From: Caedimonas varicaedens
Lineage (GTDB): Bacteria > Pseudomonadota > Alphaproteobacteria > Caedimonadales > Caedimonadaceae
DNA length: 8,096 bases
Assembly (NCBI GenBank): GCA_001192655.1
Contig: BBVC01000052.1
Coordinates: 1-8,096 of the forward strand
Reading direction: 5' to 3'
Shown here: positions 1-6,518 of the stretch, piece after piece
Numbering within the stretch: the stretch's first letter is position 1
Layout: each line of letters starts with the position of its first letter
Notes under the pieces: model-generated
Databases searched by the model: none
The model's input: the letters and a program-made list of their open reading frames with translations, nothing else
Told to the model about the DNA's origin: nothing
Program-made: the position numbers and the translations under genes

Positions 1-106
1 TATGTTGTTAGCTATATATGGGGAGATAGATGTGATGGCTGGTGGCTTTTACAAACAGGAAAATTCACCGTTATTGAAGAAATGATTTCCGCAGGTTGTC
101 AATTCT

Positions 107-895
107 TCACCATTTCCAAAACAACTCAACCTTGTTAGAGATCGCTAATAAGACTTCAATCATAATCAGGATAATAATAATCCATTCAAGCTTTGCTGTA
201 TGCCGATGATTAAGTTCGTCTCCCAGAATCTGATAAAGATCGTGCATAATATCCAGTTTACGATTCAGGGTTTGAGTGCGTGAACGAATCTCCAAATCCT
301 TAACTGTCAACTGATAGAGCGGTTCTAATTCTGGATATTCCCAAAAAAACTCAGGAGGATTTAAAAAATCTGAATGAAGGTTAATAGAATTACGCTCAAA
401 AAAAAGTTTGCCGATTTTCTTTCCGATTTCTCGACGAGAGAGAGGAACTTTGCCCTGCCGAGCCATTGCCTCTGTGATCTTTTCTACGCCCTCAATAACA
501 GTCTCAATACGTGTTTCAAAAAAGATAAGTTTGAGTGATTGCGCCAATCCATGTGAAACAGAAAGCTTACTTAAGACGTCCTCAGGATGTTCAAGAATAA
601 TTTGATCCTGAAAAACTTTTGCCGGTTTGCCATATTCAAAAGAAAATTCATCAAATTCCATACGAAGGAGAGAATCTTTTTCAAATGCCTTTCCTTTCTT
701 AAGAATCTCATGTTCTTCGATTTCAGAAAAATTCCAAAAAACCACCGAACCAAAAGAAAAGAAGAAAACATCCCCATCTCTTATCCTGAAATGCAAGGAA
801 CCTTCGTAAAGCGTCGAAGAAGAACCACCTAAAAGATTATTTAATAACCCTTGTAAGTCGTAGGAACCCGCAGTGCAATAAGCAGCGCATCTCAT
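107..895 (-). CDS. RMD1/Sad1-interacting (DUF155, YagE-like) family protein with a C-terminal transmembrane helix
   Basis: The ORF-track protein begins with the family-typical N-terminus (MRCAAYCTAGSYDL...). It has a long helical middle section and a hydrophobic C-terminal helix (EWIIIILIMIEVLLAI). I prefer the ATG at 895 over the TTG at 907 used by the track. No strong SD is visible upstream. Confidence 0.75.
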   Translation of the reverse strand: MRCAAYCTAGSYDLQGLLNNLLGGSSSTLYEGSLHFRIRDGDVFFFSFGSVVFWNFSEIEEHEILKKGKAFEKDSLLRMEFDEFSFEYGKPAKVFQDQIILEHPEDVLSKLSVSHGLAQSLKLIFFETRIETVIEGVEKITEAMARQGKVPLSRREIGKKIGKLFFERNSINLHSDFLNPPEFFWEYPELEPLYQLTVKDLEIRSRTQTLNRKLDIMHDLYQILGDELNHRHTAKLEWIIIILIMIEVLLAISNKVELFWKW

Positions 896-926
896 CTTAA
901 TTATCAACTATCATTCAATATTTCTT

Positions 927-1763
927 CTAAAACATACTCTCTTTTTCAGAGAGAAAGCAAGTCGGCTCCAAAATTCTTCCCCAACGAAAAGGCTGAATTT
1001 TGATGGCTAATCCTGTGCGCTCATCTGTTTCAATATAAACACCCCCCAATGACGCAGAACCCATAGCAGGCTCAAGACGAGGCATGGGAACAACTTTTCT
1101 GAATCTCGCAAGCGAAATGTCCAGATCCATCCCCACAGAAGAATCATAATCACCGCACATCCCCACATCACTTATAAAGGCCGTTCCTCGAGTCAAAATA
1201 CGTGCATCCGCAGTGGGAATATGAGTATGAGTGCCAAAAACGCCACTGGCTTTTCCATCTGCCAAATGGGCAATCGATATTTTTTCACTATGGGTTTCAG
1301 CGTGAACATCAATGATAATCGCATCAATGCCATCATATTTCAGCCTGTATGTCTTTAGGGCTTCCTCTATTGCATCAAAGGGATCTTCCACAGGCGGCAT
1401 AAAAAGCCTGCCCATCACATTCATCACGATAATCGTCTGACCATTGCGCAATACATAACGGACAATCCCTTTTCCAGGCGTTCCATCAGGATAATTAACA
1501 GGGCGAAGCAAGCAAGGTTGCCATTCAAGATATTCTGCAATCTGCTTTTGATCAAAAAAGTGATTGCCCGTTGTCAGAATATCGATATCAGCCGCAAAAA
1601 GCTCTTCACATATCTCAGGTGTAATGCCAAAGCCCCCGGCTGCATTTTCAGCATTCACAATAACGGCATCCAGTTGAAATTTTTCGCGAAGCGCAGGGAC
1701 ATTTTCAGTGACAACCTTTCGGCCAGGACGTCCGACCAAATCACCCAAAAACAAAATTTTCAT
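927..1763 (-). CDS. ymdB: TIGR00282 / B. subtilis YmdB-type metallophosphoesterase (2',3'-cyclic-nucleotide phosphodiesterase family)
   Basis: The N-terminus MKILFLGDLVGRPGR and the motifs VNAENAAGGFGIT, GNH and THTHIPTAD are hallmark calcineurin-like metal-binding motifs of this family. I chose the internal ATG at 1763, which is preceded by AAAGGTGA (SD) 7 nt upstream. The track's start at 1826 would add a non-conserved 21-aa extension. The symbol refers to the Bacillus gene, not to the E. coli macrodomain YmdB. Confidence 0.88.
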   Translation of the reverse strand: MKILFLGDLVGRPGRKVVTENVPALREKFQLDAVIVNAENAAGGFGITPEICEELFAADIDILTTGNHFFDQKQIAEYLEWQPCLLRPVNYPDGTPGKGIVRYVLRNGQTIIVMNVMGRLFMPPVEDPFDAIEEALKTYRLKYDGIDAIIIDVHAETHSEKISIAHLADGKASGVFGTHTHIPTADARILTRGTAFISDVGMCGDYDSSVGMDLDISLARFRKVVPMPRLEPAMGSASLGGVYIETDERTGLAIKIQPFRWGRILEPTCFLSEKESMF

Positions 1764-1775
1764 ACACTCTTCACC

Positions 1776-1879
1776 TTTCAAAATCTGGGGTCGCGTTGAA
1801 CTTCGAAATTCGTCTTGCTCACGCACTTCGCGTACGCTGCGTGGGACTCACCACTCATCTGCTTACCCAGCTTTTGAAA
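1776..1879 (-). other. 104-bp element bounded by 14-nt inverted repeats (13/14 complementary) around a GC-richer core; candidate structured leader RNA or small palindromic or mobile repeat
   Basis: Plus-strand tttcaaaatctggg (1776-1789) is the reverse complement of cccagcttttgaaa (1866-1879) with one mismatch. The core contains the nested hairpin CACGCA(1820-1825)/TGCGTG(1838-1843) and the near-palindrome GAACTTCGAAATTC (1798-1811). On the mRNA the 3' arm ends directly against the GGTGA SD of the downstream CDS. Confidence 0.4.
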
Positions 1880-1898
1880 TTCTTTGGGTATATTTGAC

Positions 1899-2483
1899 CT
1901 ATATAAATTTATAGACTTTTTCCTCAGTCACCACCCAATGAAGAGGTTGATCGTAAGAAGCCATCGGAAGTTCATTCACGCGCTGCACCTCAAAAGCCAC
2001 GCCAATTGTCAAAATACTGATTTTCTTTTTTTGTAAGCATTGTATTGTTCGATCATAATGCCCTACGCCATATCCCAAGCGATGCCCCCGTCCATCAAAG
2101 GCAAGAAGAGGGACAAGAATAACTTCTGGATCATAGAGAGGCGCATTTGAAAGAGGTTCCATCGTCTTGAAAGAACTTTCCTGCAAACGATCTCCTGGCT
2201 TCCATGAACGAAAAATAAGAGGCGCTCCTAGCTCTTGGGTCACAGGCAACAACGCCCGACGTCCCTGTGGGATGAGCGTCTCTAAAACAGGGCGGATGTC
2301 CGGCTCAAAACTCATCGGCCAAAACCCTGCAACAGGTCCTTGAGTATTGGAGGGAATAAGCCCCAGAATATTTTTAACGAGCTTTTTATTCAAATCAATC
2401 CGCACCGCGTCGCTTAAAGATTTAAAATAATCCTCTCGACTTTTTTTCATGCGCGAACGAATGACATTTTTGGCTGAATACAT
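1899..2483 (-). CDS. ygfA: 5-formyltetrahydrofolate cyclo-ligase (MTHFS)
   Basis: The protein has an N-terminal K..IRSRMKK segment and the family signature LVPLLAFDGRGHRLGYGVGHYDRT, similar in layout to E. coli YgfA. The ATG at 2483 is preceded by AAGGG 6 nt upstream. The track's TTG at 2489 is less likely. Confidence 0.9.
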   Translation of the reverse strand: MYSAKNVIRSRMKKSREDYFKSLSDAVRIDLNKKLVKNILGLIPSNTQGPVAGFWPMSFEPDIRPVLETLIPQGRRALLPVTQELGAPLIFRSWKPGDRLQESSFKTMEPLSNAPLYDPEVILVPLLAFDGRGHRLGYGVGHYDRTIQCLQKKKISILTIGVAFEVQRVNELPMASYDQPLHWVVTEEKVYKFI

Positions 2484-2497
2484 ACACAACCCTTATC

Positions 2498-2680
2498 AAT
2501 AAAAATAGGAATGAAGCCTTCACAACCGTCGGTGCAATGTATCCTCTCGTGGCCCGCAAAAGCAGGTGGGCGCCATATGCCAAAACCCTCAAGTTTAGGC
2601 AGGGACAGCTCCCGAAGGAATAATATCGGCCCCTGGGAAAGTTATACCTAACGAGAAGCAAAAGCCCCATTCCTACTTTT
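2498..2680 (-). ncRNA. ssrS: 6S RNA
   Basis: It lies immediately upstream of, and co-oriented with, the 5-FCL gene, which is the conserved ssrS-ygfA synteny. The ends form a 13-bp closing helix: AAAAGUAGGAAUG (2680-2668) pairs with CAUUCCUAUUUUU (2513-2501). Further pairings are GCUUCUCGU/ACGAGAGG. An internal GCCGAUAUU segment matches the E. coli 6S GCCGAUAUUU region, and a 3'-side GAGGGUU segment resembles E. coli AAGGGUU. The exact ends are uncertain by about +/-8 nt. Confidence 0.75.
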
Positions 2681-2710
2681 ATTATGAATCTTTCCTCATC
2701 CTCTTGGCAA
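2681..2710 (-). promoter_or_regulatory. Sigma70-type promoter for the 6S RNA (and possibly the downstream operon)
   Basis: On the minus strand, TTGCCA (2710-2705) is followed by an 18-nt spacer and CATAAT (2686-2681). The predicted start at ~2676-2674 coincides with the 5' end of the closing helix. Confidence 0.45.
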
Positions 2711-2736
2711 GAAGTATTGATAGAAATTTAACAGAA

Positions 2737-3534
2737 TCAGGGATTTTTTCGTTTTATCGTCAAAGCGTGCATAAGAATAAACAGGCATAACCCCATCAGG
2801 ACAATAGCGGGCGCAGCAGGAACATCAAATTGGCTTGACGTCATAAGACCCAGCCCCACAATCCCCATCCCAATGAGACTTGAGAACACACCCATTTGTT
2901 CAGGAGATTTTGAAAAAACTCGCGCAATGGAAGCGGGTAAAATCAATAAGGCCGTAATCAGAAGAACCCCCACAATTTTGATGGAAAGCGCAACAAAAAG
3001 CGCCAGCAAAATCATATAAAGAAAATAGAGACGTGTTACAGGAACCCCCTCAACCGCAGCAAGATCTTCTGCAACTGTCATTGACAAAAAAGCCTGCCAG
3101 AAACGACACATACAAACAAGAATGACAATCCCCCCTCCCAGGATAATCCATAACTCATCCAACGTCACAGAAAGAATATCCCCAAAAAAATAGGCATTCA
3201 AATCCAGTCGCACTCCCTTGATTAAACTTATGCAAAGAATTCCCAGCGCCAGAGCACCCTGTGAGCTGATCGCCAGCAAACTATCCGAAGAGAAAGAAGG
3301 ATTGGACTTTGTCGTTGCCAGAAAAAAAGAAACCATTAAGGAAACAACAAGGATTGCAAGGAATGAATCGATTCCTGCCAAAATTCCTAGCGCTATACCA
3401 CAAAGTGAAGCATGGGCAAGAGTGTCGCCAAAAAAAGCCATGCGCCGCCATACAACAAAACACCCCATGGGCCCTGCCATCAATGCAAAACCCATGCCTG
3501 CCAAAAAGGCGCGTCCCATGAAATCTTCAAACAT
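2737..3534 (-). CDS. znuB: Zinc ABC transporter permease ZnuB
   Basis: This is a polytopic membrane protein with the ZnuB-type N-terminus (FLAGMGFALMAGPMGCFVVWRRMAFFGDTLAHASL). AAGGA (SD) lies ~8 nt upstream of the ATG at 3534. The gene starts 20 nt downstream of znuC. Confidence 0.9.
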   Translation of the reverse strand: MFEDFMGRAFLAGMGFALMAGPMGCFVVWRRMAFFGDTLAHASLCGIALGILAGIDSFLAILVVSLMVSFFLATTKSNPSFSSDSLLAISSQGALALGILCISLIKGVRLDLNAYFFGDILSVTLDELWIILGGGIVILVCMCRFWQAFLSMTVAEDLAAVEGVPVTRLYFLYMILLALFVALSIKIVGVLLITALLILPASIARVFSKSPEQMGVFSSLIGMGIVGLGLMTSSQFDVPAAPAIVLMGLCLFILMHALTIKRKNP

Positions 3535-3554
3535 TCTTGCGTCCTTCTTTTCTC

Positions 3555-4250
3555 TTATGTGTGATGATGGTCATGATGATGATGGTAAAGCGCCAGATCA
3601 GAGGGGAGTTTATCTGAAAAGAGACGGTAATAGGCGGGATTATTCCTGACTTCCTCAGGGCGTCCCTCACAGCAAATATGCTGATTCAGGCAGATGACAT
3701 GATCACTCGATCCATGGACAAAGTATAAATCATGAGAGACCAGAACAACTCCACACTTGAATTGAACTTTTAAAGAGCGAATCAGTTCATAAAGTTCTGC
3801 CTGCCCCATCACATCAAGCCCTTGTGTTGGCTCATCCAGCACAAGAAGATCAGGAGTACCAATAATCGCCCGTGCCAGCAAAATTCGCTGCATTTCTCCC
3901 CCGGAAAGCACATGGAGAGAACGATGCTTTAGGGAAAGCGCTCCTACTAAATTCAGGGCATCATCAACATGCCCCTTATGAGGGGAAAGACGCAGAAACC
4001 TTTCCACAGAAAGAGGTAATCCAGGATCAAGAAAAAGCTTTTGGGGCATATAACCTATTTTCAAAGTGCCCTCATACCTGATCGCTCCTTCATGAGGCTT
4101 TATCAGTCCCAAAAGAATTTTAAGCAAGGTTGTTTTCCCCGCGCCATTGGGGCCAATAATCGTAACAATCTGTCCTTGTCTCACTGTAAGGTTAATGTCC
4201 TTCAGAATAGGCAAGAATGAAATATGAGAGAGTTCCAGAATAAGAGTCAT
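3555..4250 (-). CDS. znuC: Zinc ABC transporter ATP-binding protein ZnuC
   Basis: It carries Walker A (GPNGAGKTT), the ABC signature (LSGGEMQR) and Walker B (LLVLDEP). The segment LKIGYMPQKLFLDPGLPLSVERFLRL closely parallels E. coli ZnuC. The His-rich tail YHHHHDHHHT parallels E. coli YRHHHNHRHD. I placed the start at the ATG at 4250 (MTLILEL...). The track's extension to 4370 overlaps the upstream gene. Confidence 0.92.
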   Translation of the reverse strand: MTLILELSHISFLPILKDINLTVRQGQIVTIIGPNGAGKTTLLKILLGLIKPHEGAIRYEGTLKIGYMPQKLFLDPGLPLSVERFLRLSPHKGHVDDALNLVGALSLKHRSLHVLSGGEMQRILLARAIIGTPDLLVLDEPTQGLDVMGQAELYELIRSLKVQFKCGVVLVSHDLYFVHGSSDHVICLNQHICCEGRPEEVRNNPAYYRLFSDKLPSDLALYHHHHDHHHT

Positions 4251-5029
4251 GCCATAATTCCTGTTGAAGAGGATATAATCATTTGCGGTAATTGCATGAC
4301 AGATTGGATCACAAATTTGGGGGGAAGAAAAGGATAAGGCAATGAATCTCCCTGATGATTGACCCAGCAAAAATCTATTCCGGCATTCAAGGCTCCTTGA
4401 TAATCACTGGTGATGGAATCCCCAACCATCAAAACATCTTTTCTGGACACGTCAAGTTTTTCCAGGGCAATCTCAAAAATTCTTCTGTCCGGTTTTGATA
4501 CCTTTACTTCTCCAGAGATAATATAAACCTGACACCATTCAGCAATGGAAAGCCTCTTATATTTAGCCTTTTGAACATTGGGGAATCCATTTGTAACAAC
4601 ACCCAACCTGTAATATTTCTTCAATTCTTTTATTGCCTGCTCTGCACCGATCAGCCAACTGCCGAGAGAACCCAAATTCTCTTCGTAAAAATGGGCAATC
4701 ATTTCAGGATCCAGAACGATAGACAGTTTGTCTGATAAAAGTTTAAATCTCTCTGTCCCAATTTTCTCTAATTCTATTTTTCCCTGCTCAAAAAGCGTCC
4801 ATAAATTTTTATTGATGGAATGGAAATTATCCTGAAAATGAGCTTTGTCTGTGTGCTGCCTATAAAAATTCTCATAAACCAGTTGCAGGCTTTCAATTTC
4901 TGAAGATTTAAAATCGATGAGGGTATCATCCAGATCAAAAAGAATCACTTTATAGGAAGAAAGAACACTGGAAAATCCTTCCATAGAATCTGATTCCTGA
5001 CCTTTTACACAAGATTTCAAAAGAACCAT
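4247..5029 (-). CDS. HAD-IA family hydrolase, YjjG/YfnB-like (TIGR02254-type) nucleotidase
   Basis: It has HAD motif I (ILFDLDDTLIDF), motif II (VVTNG), a motif III lysine (SKPD) and motif IV (MVGDSITSDYQGALNAGID). The ATG at 5029 has AGGA 8 nt upstream. The ATG at 4984 is an alternative start. The stop overlaps the znuC start (ATGA at 4250-4247). Confidence 0.85.
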   Translation of the reverse strand: MVLLKSCVKGQESDSMEGFSSVLSSYKVILFDLDDTLIDFKSSEIESLQLVYENFYRQHTDKAHFQDNFHSINKNLWTLFEQGKIELEKIGTERFKLLSDKLSIVLDPEMIAHFYEENLGSLGSWLIGAEQAIKELKKYYRLGVVTNGFPNVQKAKYKRLSIAEWCQVYIISGEVKVSKPDRRIFEIALEKLDVSRKDVLMVGDSITSDYQGALNAGIDFCWVNHQGDSLPYPFLPPKFVIQSVMQLPQMIISSSTGIMA

Positions 5030-5039
5030 AATTTTTTTC

Positions 5040-5621
5040 CTAGTGCACCCGATCTGAAATCTCAGCATGACGATAACACGTCACCAGATGGTCGTTGACC
5101 ATTCCTGTGGCTTGCATATGAGCATAACAGATTGTGGGCCCAAAAAAGACAAACCCTCGTCTTTTCATATCTTTTGAAATAGTTTCTGCAAGAGGTGTGA
5201 CCGCGGGTACGTCTTTGGGGTCATGCCAATGATTGGTAAGAGAACGTCCTTCAGTAAAGCCCCAAAAATAAGAAGAAAAGTTACCTTTTTCCTCACAAAT
5301 TTTAAGGTAAGCCTGAGCATTGCGAATGGCTCCCTGAATTTTCTTGCGATGACGGATGACTCGCGTATCCTCCAACAAGGTCTCAACTTTTATGGCATTA
5401 TATCGGGCAATAGCTTCCGCATCAAAGCGATCAAACAAAATACGATAGTTTTCTCTCTTGTTCAGAATAGTCCGCCAGCTTAATCCTGCCTGCATACTTT
5501 CCAAAATGATAAATTCAAATAATATTTGATCCTCAAATTGCGGCACTCCCCACTCACAATCATGATAGCCCTGCTCAATCTCAGTTTTTAAAGACCAGGG
5601 ACAACGGCTTATTATGGACAT
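5040..5621 (-). CDS. tag: DNA-3-methyladenine glycosylase I
   Basis: The stretch RCPWS...YHDCEWGVP...LFEFIILESMQAGLSWRTILNKRENYR...IRHRKKIQG...NDH..C aligns by eye with E. coli Tag along the whole length. I prefer the ATG at 5621 (MSIISRCPW) to the TTG at 5651. Confidence 0.9.
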   Translation of the reverse strand: MSIISRCPWSLKTEIEQGYHDCEWGVPQFEDQILFEFIILESMQAGLSWRTILNKRENYRILFDRFDAEAIARYNAIKVETLLEDTRVIRHRKKIQGAIRNAQAYLKICEEKGNFSSYFWGFTEGRSLTNHWHDPKDVPAVTPLAETISKDMKRRGFVFFGPTICYAHMQATGMVNDHLVTCYRHAEISDRVH

Positions 5622-5691
5622 AAAAAAACTTTCAAAAATAATTTTCTTCAATAATGCAATTAAAGCACCCTGAAATCTATAAAAAATTAGC

Positions 5692-5719
5692 TTGCAAAAC
5701 GCATTTTGTTCGATATTAT
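5692..5719 (+). promoter_or_regulatory. Sigma70-type promoter for tRNA-Gly
   Basis: TTGCAA (5692-5697) is followed by a 16-nt spacer and TATTAT (5714-5719), about 24 nt upstream of the mature tRNA 5' end. Confidence 0.45.
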
Positions 5720-5742
5720 CCCACCATGCGGATTTGAGGAGT

Positions 5743-5817
5743 GCGGGCGTAGCTCAGGGGTAGAGCACAACCTTGCCAAGGTTGGGGTCGAGGGTTCAAA
5801 TCCCTTCGCCCGCTCCA
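5743..5817 (+). tRNA. tRNA-Gly (anticodon GCC), CCA encoded
   Basis: A manual cloverleaf works. The acceptor stem is GCGGGCG/CGCCCGC, the D arm is GCTC-AGGGGTA-GAGC, and the anticodon arm is CAACC-TTGCCAA-GGTTG. The T arm is GAGGG-TTCAAAT-CCCTT, followed by discriminator T and CCA. Confidence 0.95.
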
Positions 5818-5860
5818 AGTAAAACAAAAAACTCTCTAGAATTTCAGCTTATTTCTCATT

Positions 5861-6232
5861 TTGGGTCTATTCGAAGATATTAGTTGCCATTCGGATACAT
5901 TATTTGCTTTCGTTTTAAGAATCATATTCTTCCTCTTGAGAAGAAAGAAAGTAAGTAAGCCTTATGTTTTCTGTGGCGGCATTCCTGGAGAACATTTAAA
6001 GGAAATTAAGAAGACATGGCGCAAGGTACGAAAACTCGCTGACATTTCTGATGTTCGTCTTCATGGTCTGCGTCATTTCTTTGCCAGTTTTTCTCTGAAA
6101 AAGGGTGTTGACCTTTATACAGTTTCAAAATTTCTTGAACATAAGAATATAGCAACGACAACGCGTTACGCCCATTTAGAGTTAGTGCACTTGAAGAAGG
6201 CAACTAATATCGTGGCAGAGATGTTTAAATAA
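5861..6232 (+). pseudogene. 5'-truncated tyrosine recombinase (phage/P4-type integrase) remnant, C-terminal catalytic part only
   Basis: The fragment contains PYVF..., the HxxR box (VRLHGLRHFFAS), and the box II His plus catalytic Tyr (LEHKNIATTTRYAHL). It has only ~120 codons, no ATG start, no N-terminal arm/SAM-like domain and no box I Arg. The frame is closed by a TAG at 5837-5839, just after the tRNA. Confidence 0.75.
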
Positions 6233-6508
6233 TCTCAATTAGAAGCTCACCCCAAGACGCATCCCTGATTCAAAAGTGACATTGTAGGGTTCTCGTGCTC
6301 CACCTGGCGATCTTTTAGAGTTTCTGACATTCCAGTAATTAATATAAGGACTGATCGAGAATTTAATTTTGTTATAAAGATATGAGACTGATAATTCTCC
6401 TTTGAGTCCGTAGCCGTTGGGTTGTTTGAATACGACGGGTGGAGAGGGATCTCCATATGGACCTCTGTTATAATGCCACGCCTTGATAATCCAATCATAT
6501 TCTCCTTT

Positions 6509-6518
6509 GAGAGAGAGA
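6509..6518. repeat. (GA)5 / (TC)5 dinucleotide repeat at the OMP frameshift point
   Basis: This is read directly from the sequence: gagagagaga at 6509-6518. Loss of one unit (or gain of two) fuses ...DTWSVSL to KGEYDW... in frame. Confidence 0.9.

Noticed and set aside
1-138. A possible 3' end of a plus-strand gene entering from the left edge. Frame 1 is open to a TAG at 136-138, and frame 2 is open to a TGA at 80-82.
   Set aside because: Two frames are open, both are short, and neither translation is recognisable. The frame-1 version would overlap the convergent DUF155 gene by 32 nt. The data are too limited to make a call.
408-832. A cluster of 60-81-aa ORFs (408-605+, 571-777-, 587-832+, 627-809+)
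   Set aside because: All lie inside the DUF155 CDS on the other strand or in another frame. Their K/R/F-rich low-complexity translations are typical of AT-rich shadow frames.
1518-1914. Plus-strand ORFs 1518-1799 and 1708-1914, and the N-terminal extension of the metallophosphoesterase to 1826
   Set aside because: The plus-strand ORFs are antisense to the ymdB-type CDS or run through the structured intergenic element. The extension MREQDEFRSSTRPQILKGEEC precedes the conserved MKILFLGD N-terminus, which has its own SD.
2422-2670. An 82-aa ORF on the minus strand between znuB and the 5-FCL gene
   Set aside because: It overlaps the 5-FCL start and lies over the predicted 6S RNA. Its sequence (MGLLLLVRYNFPRGRYYSFGSCPCLNLRV...) has no protein-like features, so the locus is better explained as ssrS.
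3558-3590. The His-rich C-terminal tail of ZnuC (YHHHHDHHHT) as a novel metal-sensing add-on
   Set aside because: E. coli ZnuC has an equivalent tail (YRHHHNHRHD), so this is a conserved family feature and not a novelty. I used it as supporting evidence for the znuC call.
3218-3649. A 143-aa plus-strand ORF, plus the smaller ORFs 3281-3463 and 3309-3521
   Set aside because: They are antisense to, or out of frame with, the well-supported znuB/znuC genes. Long shadow ORFs opposite real coding sequence are common, and no SD or family signal is present.
4251-4330. A possible Zur operator upstream of znuC (around ...CAAATGATTATATCC...)
   Set aside because: The sequence is not palindromic and does not resemble Zur boxes as I remember them. 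It also lies inside the HAD coding region.
4251-4370. The 40-codon N-terminal extension of znuC in the ORF track, and the extension of the HAD ORF to 5068
   Set aside because: Both extensions overlap the preceding well-supported genes and lack SD sequences. The internal ATGs (4250 and 5029) give family-typical N-termini.
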